A DNA stretch of 63,439 nt, the filler included, from Octopus bimaculoides (taxonomy: Eukaryota), in the NCBI RefSeq assembly GCF_001194135.2. It is 5 parts of 3 records of this genome, joined end to end, with 100 filler letters (N's around TTAATTAATTAA, not from the genome) between each part and the next. Parts side by side here need not be neighbours in the genome. Positions count along the whole stretch, not along the records: positions 31,181 to 46,467 come from NC_068981.1; positions 46,568 to 58,218 come from NC_068986.1; 3 more parts are not named here. One strand, 5' to 3'. The notes below the pieces were generated by a model that did not search any database, was not told the DNA's origin, and worked only from the letters and a program-made list of their open reading frames with translations. This document shows, piece after piece, positions 37,250 through 49,870 of this stretch (within the stretch, counting starts at the first letter, position 1; each line of letters begins with the position of its first letter). Position numbers and translations under genes: made by a program.

Positions 37250-37600
37250 GGTAGTCCATTGATTTCCGATGAAAATGTAGTCTGTGGTCTTAGCCGTTAG
37301 CGGTAAGAACGCGTGTGACCCCGCAGCCCGAAACCGGAAGCACACAAGTGCCCGCAGGTTGACACTGGTAGTCTGTGGTAGGGACTGAGAATGATGCAAC
37401 CTGGTGACGCCTGTCTCTAGCGATGCAAGGCGCCTGCGTGACTCTTTGGATCCTGGATATGGTCTTTTTATTCAGTGAACTGTCTGCAGAGATTGTGCTG
37501 CTCAGGTACCCGAAGCTTTCGACACAATTCAGTTCGATTCCATCGATAGTGATGACTGGCTTAGGTTTTGTGTTCGGGGCTGCCTAGAGCAGGATCTCCG
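37250..37600 (-). mobile_element. RTE LINE relic (RT segment joined to C-terminal Zn-finger-like end)
   Basis: PKPVITIDGIELNCVESFGYLSSTISADSSLNKKTISRIQ, then TCGHLCASGFGLRGHTR. Confidence 0.85.
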
Positions 37601-38001
37601 TCTTAGAAATATTTAGCTGGTGTTAGAAATATTTAGTTGCTATTTCTACCAGGTCAAGTGATTGTCAAGATGCGTCCTTGTTGGCTTGTGTTTATGTTTT
37701 ATATTTTCTTTTTATGTGTGTATATATGTATGTATATTCACTGTGTGTTTCTTCGTATTGGAGATAATTCTTAACTACTTGTGATTCGTAATGGGTACCA
37801 GGGACTGAGTAAATCTTCTATCGAGATGAACCGCAGTAAACTGATTTATTTTCCGTATCATTGGTTCAGTGTTAAAGAATTTAGTCTCAAAACTGACTTC
37901 AATCAAAGGCTTGGATTGATCAATCCGGAAAGAGTGGAATTGAGTTCACGGAAACTATTCAGAAACTCGTTGTGTACACACACAGACACGCACAGACGCA
38001 G

Positions 38002-38046
<45 letters not shown>

Positions 38047-38309
38047 CACACACACACACACACACGCACGCACATACTCACACACACACACATGCTTATA
38101 TATATTTATAATATATGTATGTATATATGAACTTAATTGTCGAACGACTAAAATCCACTAACAAATACATACATATATACATACATACATGGGTTGTTGG
38201 ATCGTCGTTCGACAATGAACATTCAGTTGCATCTCTTGAATTAACGTTTACATAACTGAGTATTCTACCCCCCACATGCACCGTTAACAACACGTACAAC
38301 CTTGTCATA

Positions 38310-38521
38310 CACTAGGTAATGCATATGTGAGAAGGCCGTAAGAGTTGAATCCCACGTATCTTTCACACAATGGACTTCCATACAGTTTCCATCTTCCAAA
38401 TTTCACTCTCTAGTTATGTTAACCCAACGCTAAAGAAATCTTATATCAGCACAACATGCCATGCAGTAGAATCGAGCTTAGATTCTTGTTGTTGCGAAGG
38501 GAACTTCTTAACTATTCGGCC
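38310..38521 (-). mobile_element. old A-like SINE
   Basis: ATACAGTTTCCATCTTCCAAATTTCACTC...GAACTTCTTAACTATTCGGCC. Confidence 0.5.
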
Positions 38522-38744
38522 CTATTTTGTCTGCAACCCTTCCATATGGGTGTGATTTAGATCTGATCTAAATTTATTCTAAACTGGCGAAATCGATACA
38601 AATTTAACCACATAAAGTAATCTTTAAAGAAATAAAAAAAAAATAGAATTGAAAAAAACTAATGTTTATTTTACCGTAAATATTGAAGTACTCTCAAAGA
38701 GATTATGTCAAAAAATGTGGTATTATGGCAGCATTATGTCAAAA

Positions 38745-38985
38745 AATGTGGATTATGGCAGTATTCACCAACATAAACAAGGAGACCGTCCAGAAGAGTT
38801 ACAGAAGATTATGAAGTTGTCTGGAGGCTGTGGTCGAAGCCAATAGTGGTTTTATTGAATAAATTTACTCTTTAGTATTTCAAGATATTTTTATGTAACT
38901 TTGGTAAATATATCTGTTAAAATGAGACGTCAATGTTATTTTCATTTTTGTATGATTTCGACGACAGTTTATTCATCGCACCCTG

Positions 38986-38988
<3 letters not shown>
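38745..38988 (+). mobile_element. 3' end of a maT-like element
   Basis: NINKETVQKSYRRL*SCLEAVVEANSGFIE* followed by terminal CGCACCCTGTATA. Confidence 0.75.
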
Positions 38989-39024
<36 letters not shown>

Positions 39025-39254
39025 ACACACTAGAAAACATAATGAAAACATAACAATGATGTTGCTATAGGGTGCAAACGAGGTGGGAAAAGTTTTATCA
39101 AAATCGATTCACAGAAAACCTAAATTTCACTCTTAAGCTATTAGCGTGCTTTTGGGTGTGTGTATATATATGTAACATATGGTGTAATTATAAACAGGGC
39201 AAATTTTAGCAATTTTTCTGCAGACCGAAAAAACGAAATTGACGAACAACAGTA

Positions 39255-39295
39255 ATCGATATTCGAGCCTTATCGGGTTCTCATCAGAGGTGTCC
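39255..39295 (-). ncRNA. degenerate hammerhead-like motif
   Basis: Minus strand: CCT-CTGATGA-GAACC-CGATAA-GGCTC-GAAT-ATCGAT; core intact, GAAA mutated, one stem II mismatch. Confidence 0.4.
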
Positions 39296-39504
39296 ACATC
39301 ACTCTGACAGTCTCCAAAGAAACGAGCAAACCGAACTGTTTATATACTCAACAAATGCAGCAGTTACTCTATGAAGGAGTTCCTAATTTGCACACCGAAA
39401 GTGTTTAATACTCTATAAATACCAACGGCCTGTCAAGCTGTGAAGTTTCAATAATGTTATTCATGATGACTAAAGAGAAACTGGGGGAAACAAATAATTC
39501 GGTC

Positions 39505-39781
39505 TACTATAAGCGCAAAGCCCGAAATTTTGATGGAGGAGCGCTTGCCAGTTATTGTGACCTCAGTGCTTAACTGGTACTTATTTTCATCGAGCTCGAA
39601 AAGATGGAAGACAAAGTCGAACTTGATTGAATTTGAACTCAGGACGTAAAGATATATGAAATACTGGTAAGCATTTTGGCCATCTTTAAATGCTGGCGAT
39701 TCTGCCAGCTCGTTACCTTACAGACGGACGAAATCCCGCTTAGCATTTTACCCGGTACGCCAACGATTCTGCCGACTCGCC
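39505..39781 (-). mobile_element. family D SINE with duplicated head (39721-39781)
   Basis: GATTCTGCC(A/G)..CTCG head appears twice in tandem. Confidence 0.75.
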
Positions 39782-39830
39782 GACTAGATATTACTGGTAA
39801 CAATAATTAGTTATATCATCATCATCATCG

Positions 39831-39834
39831 TGTT

Positions 39835-39910
<76 letters not shown>

Positions 39911-39925
39911 GGTGGTGGTGGTAGT
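39831..39925. repeat. (TAG)n(TGG)n microsatellite
   Basis: Visible. Confidence 0.95.
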
Positions 39926-41123
39926 TGTTATTGCTTGATTTGTAAACAAACAAACAGGATATCATATAGCCTATTATTCTGAGTTTGCAGTGTAAAGATA
40001 AAAAAGAATGAATCAGGAGGAGAGAAAAAAACCACATGCACACAACGTAAAAGTAAAGCAACAATAACAACAACACTAGGAACAGCAAAATAGCAACAAC
40101 GATACCATCTTAAGTAGTCTTGTGTGGTATTATACAAACAATTCTTCATGCACGGTAAAGTGTTTAAAATTTACCATGCATGAGGAGAAAAAGACAAAAA
40201 CAAAATTGTGTAACGGATAGAAACAAACCATATGAATAAACATGTTAATAGATTCCAAAATAAGGATATTTTTCAAAAGTGCAGATTTAGTTGGCATTCA
40301 ATTTTTTTTTTAATATATAATTGTTATTTTCGTATATTTTCAGAATTGGAACGGTACGTAAAACTACCTGATTTAGCAGACAACATCTGAATGATTTTGT
40401 AGCCACCTACTGCTACGTCTCTGGTTACTGAGGGTTTGTCAAGTACGAAATGTCGAACTGGTAGAACAGTTGTCTTTCGGCTCAGCTATTAATGTTAAGT
40501 CGTATCATAGTGTGACAACCTTTTACATTTTTCAACCGAAATGGCAGCAATAAGAGCTGAATTGTTCAGTATGCATTTTACAACATAATTTATATTAGTT
40601 GAAATGTTAAAATAGTTTAAATTACAAGAAGAAAGAAAAGAAACTGCACTTAAATGCCTATTATTTTTCGCTATTTCCATTTTCCTCCTCTGTTATGCTC
40701 TCCTATTTTCTTTCTTGTTTTCTTTATCCCCTATCCTTCCTTGACCCCCATACCTGTTTTTCTGGGGGGGGGGGGTTTAACGTCTCACAATGTTTTTATT
40801 TCCCTTCACCATCATTTCTTTACGTTATACATCATTCTCACTAGTTTTCTTTCCCACTTCTCCTCAAGAAATAATATATGCTTTAGACCAGTGTACACAC
40901 ATAAATATTATGAATACATGATATACACACGTATAAATATAATTTAAATATTAAGGAACACTGACCACATATTCAAGTAATAAAAAAAAGTATGTAGTAA
41001 ATGTATGTAGCGAATGTAGTAAATTTTCCTATGTTTTTAGCATCAGAAATAATTAGCCTAGAATACAGGAATGTTGCGAAGCCTCAAGATGATTTTAAGA
41101 AAAATTTAGCTAATATTTTTAGC

Positions 41124-41342
41124 AGGCTAAGACGGTGAGCTGGCAGAATCCTTCTCGCGCCAAGCAAAATGTTTCGTAGCATTTCGTCTGTCTTCACGTT
41201 CTAAATTCAAATTCCGCCGAGGTTGACTTTGCCTTTCATCCTTCCGGGCTCGATATAATAAGTACCAATTGAACACTGGGTTCATTGTAATCGACTTGCC
41301 AGTTCCCCTGAAATTGTTGGCCTTGTGCCAAAACTTGAAATC
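41124..41342 (+). mobile_element. family D SINE
   Basis: GGTGAGCTGGCAGAATC...GAGGTTGACTTTGCCTTTCATCCTTCCGGGCTCGATATAATAAGTACC. Confidence 0.85.
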
Positions 41343-41718
41343 AGTATTTCTCGCAGGCTCGGTGACCACGTAAATGTCTTTCGTTGTGGTGTTTAATCCT
41401 TACAGGAGCAACAGAAATAAAAGTGTGGATAGATCTAAGTCATTGAAAAAAGAGAATTGCTGCCATACCCAGTTGACAAAATGGTGAGACATAAAAATGT
41501 TGGTGAATTCTCTTTCATTTTGGAAAAATGTCTCTATTACGCTTACATCTGCATACGGCTTAAGTAAATCTAGTAACCTCAAGTTCTTCGGTCTTCTATG
41601 CTTTATTTTTATGGCTTACTGATAGTTAAATGTACTTGTGTATGCATACACCCTCACACTCTTTACACAGACATACGCAGGCATTATATACCCCAATACA
41701 CACACGCACACACACACG

Positions 41719-41775
<57 letters not shown>

Positions 41776-41777
41776 GC

Positions 41778-41957
41778 TTTTAATTTAGACACAAGGCCAG
41801 CTATTTAATGGGGGAGGGTTAGTCGACCGCGGTACTGCGCCGGTATTTTCATTGACTCTGGAGGAAATGAGAGACAAAGGCGAACCTGGCAAGGTGGAAC
41901 CTCAGAACTAAAAACAGCAACAAATACAGCAAAGAATGTTGGCTGGCGTTCTAATGG
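41778..41957 (-). mobile_element. diverged family D SINE
   Basis: ACACAAGGCCAGCTATTT...TAGTCGAC...TTTTGCCAATGCACCACC. Confidence 0.6.
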
Positions 41958-44029
41958 TTTTGCCAATGCACCACCCTACATGTATACCTCATATACATAC
42001 AAATATATTTTCGTAGATAACACCTTAGTTGAGAGAGGAATAAATTGGGTTTCTAACATTTCAAAATGGCATATTCTGTGATACTTATATTTTTATAGGT
42101 CTGGTCTTTATGAAAGTTTGTTCCCATGGACATCGCTAGCCTTCCGCAACCACAATTAGCGAGATCACCGAGGTTAATGTTTCCCTTGAACAATTGCAAG
42201 TCGACGACTGTAAAAATAAATAGCAAAGAAGAACAAAAATAGACAGAGAAGGAATTTCAGAGAATTCACGTTTTGGGGAGGACGGACAGAACGTGAAAAC
42301 TAATATGGAAGATATAATATAGAAGATGTAAAGAAAAGAGACGAATTAGTCTGACGAGCTTGAACGAGCTAGCCAACCCCAATGAGCAAAGGCATTATAG
42401 TTGAAGCAAAAGAAAATAAAGCAAAGACGAGACAGCACCTATATGGGCCAGATGATGAGCCGATGAAGTATGTTGATGAATTATTTCCTACCAATCAGTC
42501 TTGTGTCCTTTCTCTAGTTGCAGTCTACTATACCCCTATGTGTATCAGTAACAGTGTCCCAGATGTCAGAGCAGTACCTCATTGTGAGTCTCAGTTGTGC
42601 TGTTTAGAGACTTGATAATTTTTTTTTAATTCACTCTTTGTGAATTACACTTTATCATGTTATAGTTGGTAGCATTTACTCTGTTTTTATGCTATCCCTA
42701 AAAATATGGCAGCCAAGTCAGCTGTTGTGTCCCTGCTCTATCATTTCAGGCGCATTATCCAAAGCAACTTTCCTTGGGGTCTTCTCAATAAGGTAGGATA
42801 TGAGTTGGAAAAGATGTGGGTAATATAGCATATATCTGTAGCTCACACAATCCCGTAGATTCTCCCTTTTTCTTCGTTCAAAGTTAGATATACTCATTAG
42901 TGATAACTTAATGTAGTGTAGCTTTTAGAACAGAACTCTTAGGCTCGACTCTTTACATGGTTACGTCACTTATGCTTAATTTCATATCACACAATTTGTA
43001 AACAATAGCGTCGTTAGTAAGTTTGCAACTGGCAGCACTGTATTCTCACTGGAGAGTGTCCCGTAGCGAGTGTCCCAGGTTGAATAAATAACATAGAGTA
43101 TTAATTTTTTTGCTTATCTCAACGAACTCTGTATTGCTCACCGACATACATTGGTGAAAGACGTACGCCCAAACACACGCATCACATCCAAACATACACA
43201 CAGTATTGAAGACATGACAGTGATCTAGTTTTATGTTTTTAATTAAAGTATTTTAATATGATTTCCTTGAGATTTGCTTGAAGCTGTAAAGTTTCTAAGC
43301 ACAACTTAAACTTTCCTAAAAATATTCACTGATATTTTGTTTGAAGTGTATAAAATGTTTGTCGTTCGCGCTTTATAATAGGACCAACCTATGAGATTGA
43401 TATTGGCATTAGCACTGAAATTTGAATTTTTAACCCTTAGATTTACATATCAACTATCAGTACAGTATTATTTATATTCTTTTGTTTGCGACGTGTGTAT
43501 ATTAGCTGAGTGTTTATGTTAGCATTGTGCCGTGCTGGGAGTATTGTTTACGTTATAAATTGTCTTTTTCGTGGAGGATTTTGTAGAGTGTTGATGTGTT
43601 GCTTACTAATATTTACCTATCTAGTTCTGTTTTGCATTGTGTGTTGCAGTACATTGAAAGTTTTCCTTTGCTTTAAATGCATGGTGAGCTGGGAGGAGAG
43701 TCTCATATTTGTATAACAAATAAAACAATTGGAAACGTGGAGCTTACAACTTTCGCATTTAGAAACAAATTTATCAATAACCCTAACCCTAACCCTGATA
43801 TAAAATATAAACGAAATAAAACAATAAGTGACTGAAATACAAGCTTTAATAAACATTGTTATTTTTTACACTGTATTTAAAAAAATCTTTTAAATATGGA
43901 AAAACACCGAATAAAAATTAATAAAAATACTGTTCCGTCTTTGTATAACAGACTTGAGAAAATCTGCAGTGAAACTCATCTCTTCTGGATGAATGTATTT
44001 TTACTGAATGATGTAAATCATGTCTACTA

Positions 44030-44230
44030 GTTTGTTGTTGAACCAGAGTTCAGCCTTGATTGAGCAGACTATGATCATAACCTATCAGGCAAAGATATTC
44101 CTCTCATTTATTCAGACATAGCATCATCGGGACCAGTTTATCTAATGTTCCTTTCCCGTTTTAAAAAGATAAAGTGTGTTTTGATGGATATTTCACAGAT
44201 TTTTCTGGCAGTTTAAGCGATCATGAGGTA
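44030..44230 (-). mobile_element. family I old SINE-like repeat
   Basis: TTGTTGTTG...CAGCCTTGATTGAGCAGACTATGATC. Confidence 0.55.
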
Positions 44231-46424
44231 ACTCTCACAGAATGTTGATCTCTTCTGGTGTACGTGTATGAGGGGAGCCAAGTTGTAGAGATACCAGTTG
44301 AAGTCCACGTAACGACACTGTGTACTTTGGTGAAGCCTTTGTTTCTATAAGCCTCACCAATAAAAGGGTTTTTAATTCAAGGATATATATACTAAGACAA
44401 TCATTGTGGAGTACTAAATCTACTTACGGTGACGAATTACACACGTTCATGTAAACTATTAATGACAAGATGTTCTGGTAATTAACTTAACAACTTTAAA
44501 CTAATCAAGTCTACTGTTCGCAACATAATATACTATAACTACGTCTTGTTACATTTCCCAAGATTATATGTATTTAAGTAAGACCAATAGGATTAGTGGA
44601 ACACATCACTGCAATTTGGTTATGGTTAATCATATAATGCATCTGTTGCACTACTTAACTAGGATTAACTATGTAGTACATTTGTACATTTAGCTAAAAT
44701 AGTGGGAGTGATGAAGCTCAGCACTGTCATTCAGCGCTTTCTGAACTTACCTAGGAATACACGTAAGAAGGTGCTCCTTTGCGGAAATATGGATAAACTC
44801 TCATACCCTCCAAAATAGGATGAACTATGACCAATATCGAGCCTTGAGCTTCATACCTTGCTACACATTTCTCTACATCAAATTTCTCTCTACATCTCAT
44901 AAAAGTTTCCTGCCTATATATTCTCTTATTTCTACGCTATATTTTGTCTCTGATGGCGGAATACCCAGTATATGGAAACGTGGATCAACACATTAATCCA
45001 TTACCTGAGATATCCCAGAAACAACTGTAAGACACTATTATTTACTTTTGCTTACTTCGTTTCAACATTAAACCAACTTAAATGAACTGATAAGATTGTA
45101 CTGCCTTAAATTTGTTTCCTTCTTCTTCAAATTATACATATTGAATATATATATATATATATATACTTTGTATATTATATCTAAAGTGTCATTTAATTTT
45201 TATGCCGAATTGATGTGCTGAGACATAAGTGCGGCAACGAAATTTGCTTACAGAGTGCAAACCCAGTTCCAAAATGTTTTAGAAACAAGGCCGATCTTAA
45301 TATCAAAACAAACACAGGTATAATACTAATAATTATTATTATATTTGTACACAGTCAAATAAGTTACATCCAATAATGGAAAGGTAATGTTTCAAATTGG
45401 TCCAAAAATGTTTCTACGCTCGTTCGTTTTAACGATGAAGTTTTTTCTAGAGACTAGAGATGTTCAAAGTGTTTTCATTACCCAGCAAATTTTTAAGGGA
45501 TGCACTTGCGTCCCCTACACCCTCTATTCCCGAGTCTCTGTGCTAATCGGAGAATTTAGCTGCTGCTTCTAGTAGGTTGAATGGCCACATAAAGGCCTTC
45601 TCATTAGAGATTAACTCCTAGAAATAGCAGTAAAATATTTATTAAATCACACCCTGTCATCTGAGGGAAGATTATATTACATAATACTGTTCTGGGTATT
45701 CTTTGCTGAAGAAGGAATATCTTTGATGATAGATATGATCACAGTTGATTTGGGATTAAACAACAAAAACACCCTACAGTTTCTATTCGCAGCAAAACGA
45801 ACATGACTGCTGAAAACTACACGTTGCCCATGGACATAATGCAGCTGTAGACATACGATACAAACAGGCGATGATTTGGATCATGCTCAGAAAACATGTT
45901 GATTCACAATAATGCCTAACTTCTGATTTTTATCTTAAAACGAATTAGATATCGAAAAAAGCATACAATTTGAGAGTATGAATTTTAAGCTATGCTTTTT
46001 TTAATGGTGAAAACTTAACTCTAGTGTATTAGCTCTAGAGAATTTGTCTTGTGATTTAATCCACTTGAAAGAGAATTTATTTTAAAGAAATAGGGTATTA
46101 TAATTTCTTCGTAAACAGAGATTGTATTTATTTATTTATTTAGTATCCTTATGTTTACTGTTGCAGTCCTGGCAATACTATAATATTCCATGTGTTTATA
46201 GCATTCCAATTATTCACATATTTACATACAGTTTCTAGTGTGTATACATATTGTGAAATTTTGTACAATGTTACGTTTCAATATTACAGTGTGAAATAGT
46301 GATAAAAATATTACTTAACTATCAAGAAAATGAAAACACAAGATCGGAAAGCCATATTTCCAATTTCGAAGAGGTTGCTTTTCGTATTATGATAAACCAT
46401 ATATATATATATATATATATATAT

Positions 46425-46467
<43 letters not shown>

Positions 46468-46587
46468 NNNNNNNNNNNNNNNNNNNNNNNNNNNNNNNNN
46501 NNNNNNNNNNNTTAATTAATTAANNNNNNNNNNNNNNNNNNNNNNNNNNNNNNNNNNNNNNNNNNNNTATATATATATATATATATA

Positions 46588-46965
46588 TTCTTTTACTTGT
46601 TTCAGGGATTTTAGTCGAACAAGTCAACCACAGAACTTATTTTTCACGCATAGTGCTTATTCTATCGGCTCTTATACCGAATCGCTAACTTGCGGGGACG
46701 CAAACGCATCAACATCGGTTGGCAAGCGGCGATGGGGGACAAATACAAAGACACTCACACACATGCATGCACACGCGCACACAGACACGCACTCACGCAC
46801 ATATATACGTCTGGTTTCTCTTAGTTTCCTTTTACCAAATACATTCACAAGGCTTTTGTCGGCTGGAAGCTATAACAGAAGACACTTGCCCAAAGTGCCA
46901 CGCAGTGAAAATGTACACGTAATTATGTGGTTGGGATGGAAGCTTCTTACCACACAGCCACGCCA
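46588..46965 (-). mobile_element. full-span family A SINE
   Basis: Tail (TCTTTTACTTGTTTCAG), middle microsatellite and head (CTTACCACACAGCCACGCC) are all present. Confidence 0.8.
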
Positions 46966-48072
46966 CATGTTTGTATACATATAGTAGTAGTAGTATTGTG
47001 TGAAGTTAATTCTACAAGCAAAATTTTGAGTTTAGTATTCGAAATGTAAGTTATTTTGTCTGAAAATGCGCTAGCTAGCTGTTCATGATTATAGATAACT
47101 TCATTTGTGGATAGACTGGAAATTCTAATAGAAACACTATTAACAGTACTATTAAAGAAAGATCTATGGTGGTTTAATCTAATAGTAATATATTTGAGAT
47201 ATTTATTAGTTGTGAACGTGTAAGTATAAGCCTGAATTTAGATCTAAAGTAATCTCCAAAATATTAAGAAATTATTCGTTGTGTCTGGGGAGAGTCATTT
47301 TCATTTGGTGCCTTATAATTTAACGGTCATGTATTTCAGTCTTCATTTGCGTATGTGTGCCTGTTTGTTCATATAACCTATGTAGCTTATCCGTCTGTAT
47401 GATGATCTGTTTATTTTCAGAAACGAATTAAGAAATTAGCTATTTTAAAAGTATTGACGGTAATAGATGAAGGAAATTATAGAAAATTTTATACAGAACT
47501 TTGCGGATAATTCAAGACCAAATTTGAAATAGCAAATAGCAGCGAGTCAACCATTGTCTCCATGAAGTCCACCCCAAATTTGAAGGAAAATGCGTGTGTT
47601 GTTGGTATGGTAGAAGTAAACCAATGAGGTCGTACACTAAATCAGAGTTCATTTGGGATAAAAAAGAAATTATTAGTGGAAGATCGACACAAAAAATTAA
47701 CATTGATTAATATAGATTTCAATTTTTATGTAATTATAATTTTTTTACTTATTCGATACAGATCAGCACATTTTGCGTAATACATATGGCTGGGAGTAAC
47801 AATCACTGAATTTTTGAAACAGCTGTAAAGAACATTGTAAGAGCTTTTTGTTCTTTCGAAAGTTATATTTTCATTTCAATCATGTATCTTTTGCCCATAT
47901 TGCAAGGATACAATGCCATTTATGAGTATTTGAACATCGTTTACATTTGTTCTGCGGAATTATTTTTGCCCTGATCAGGAAGATGGATTTTAAAAACATT
48001 GAAGCATCTCGAGCACTAATCCTCTGTATTTCTATTGTAAGCTTACATTAGCGTCTCCTCGTCTCTTCGCCC

Positions 48073-48113
<41 letters not shown>

Positions 48114-48822
48114 NNNNNNNNNNNNNNNNNNNNNNNNNNNNNNNNNNNNNNNNNNNNNNNNNNNNNNNNNNNNNNNNNNNNNNNNNNNNNNNNNNNNNNN
48201 NNNNNNNNNNNNNNNNNNNNNNNNNNNNNNNNNNNNNNNNNNNNNNNNNNNNNNNNNNNNNNNNNNNNNNNNNNNNNNNNNNNNNNNNNNNNNNNNNNNN
48301 NNNNNNNNNNNNNNNNNNNNNNNNNNNNNNNNNNNNNNNNNNNNNNNNNNNNNNNNNNNNNNNNNNNNNNNNNNNNNNNNNNNNNNNNNNNNNNNNNNNN
48401 NNNNNNNNNNNNNNNNNNNNNNNNNNNNNNNNNNNNNNNNNNNNNNNNNNNNNNNNNNNNNNNNNNNNNNNNNNNNNNNNNNNNNNNNNNNNNNNNNNNN
48501 NNNNNNNNNNNNNNNNNNNNNNNNNNNNNNNNNNNNNNNNNNNNNNNNNNNNNNNNNNNNNNNNNNNNNNNNNNNNNNNNNNNNNNNNNNNNNNNNNNNN
48601 NNNNNNNNNNNNNNNNNNNNNNNNNNNNNNNNNNNNNNNNNNNNNNNNNNNNNNNNNNNNNNNNNNNNNNNNNNNNNNNNNNNNNNNNNNNNNNNNNNNN
48701 NNNNNNNNNNNNNNNNNNNNNNNNNNNNNNNNNNNNNNNNNNNNNNNNNNNNNNNNNNNNNNNNNNNNNNNNNNNNNNNNNNNNNNNNNNNNNNNNNNNN
48801 NNNNNNNNNNNNNNNNNNNNNN

Positions 48823-48882
<60 letters not shown>

Positions 48883-49811
48883 TGCATACATATATCCATA
48901 CATAAATTCATACATATTTATGTGTGTGTGTGTGTGTGCGTGTGTGTATTCATGTGTATATGGATGTATATGTAATTGCTTATTCGTGCCTACACATATT
49001 TTTCAATATAGAAACGCAGTAAAAGCTACAAATGCACTTGTAGACCAAGAAATAATAACACTAAAAAAAAAAGAGAAATGCAGTTTTTCTTCAAGATTGA
49101 AAAAGTAAAGCATGGCGAATACAAACAATGAAAATAATGCTTGAATAAATAAAAAACACAATAAATAAAAAACACAATATAGGTAATAAACACAAAAAAT
49201 TAAAATTTGCTGAAACAACGAAGAAATAGATGAAACAAAACGAATATGTTAGATGAAATAAAAAATAAAAAGAAAGAAAGAAATAAAAAAAAAACAATAA
49301 CGAACAGGAATAACAAGAACAAAAGTAATAAAGATTCAATGTTTGAACTGTCAATAAAATCGCGCGCACACATATATATATACATGTGCATATATATGTG
49401 TGTATGTGTATACATGTTTATATATATATATATATANNNNNNNNNNNNNNNNNNNNNNNNNNNNNNNNNNNNNNNNNNNNNNNNNNNNNNNNNNNNNNNN
49501 NNNNNNNNNNNNNNNNNNNNNNNNNNNNNNNNNNNNNNNNNNNNNNNNNNNNNNNNNNNNNNNNNNNNNNNNNNNNNNNNNNNNNNNNNNNNNNNNNNNN
49601 NNNNNNNNNNNNNNNNNNNNNNNNNNNNNNNNNNNNNNNNNNNNNNNNNNNNNNNNNNNNNNNNNNNNNNNNNNNNNNNNNNNNNNNNNNNNNNNNNNNN
49701 NNNNNNNNNNNNNNNNNNNNNNNNNNNNNNNNNNNNNNNNNNNNNNNNNNNNNNNNNNNNNNNNNNNNNNNNNNNNNNNNNNNNNNNNNNNNNNNNNNNN
49801 NNNNNNNNNNN

Positions 49812-49870
<59 letters not shown>

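Noticed and set aside
42350-42375. CTGACGA-GCT...AGC hammerhead-like start
   Set aside because: Not followed by GAAA or a stem III.
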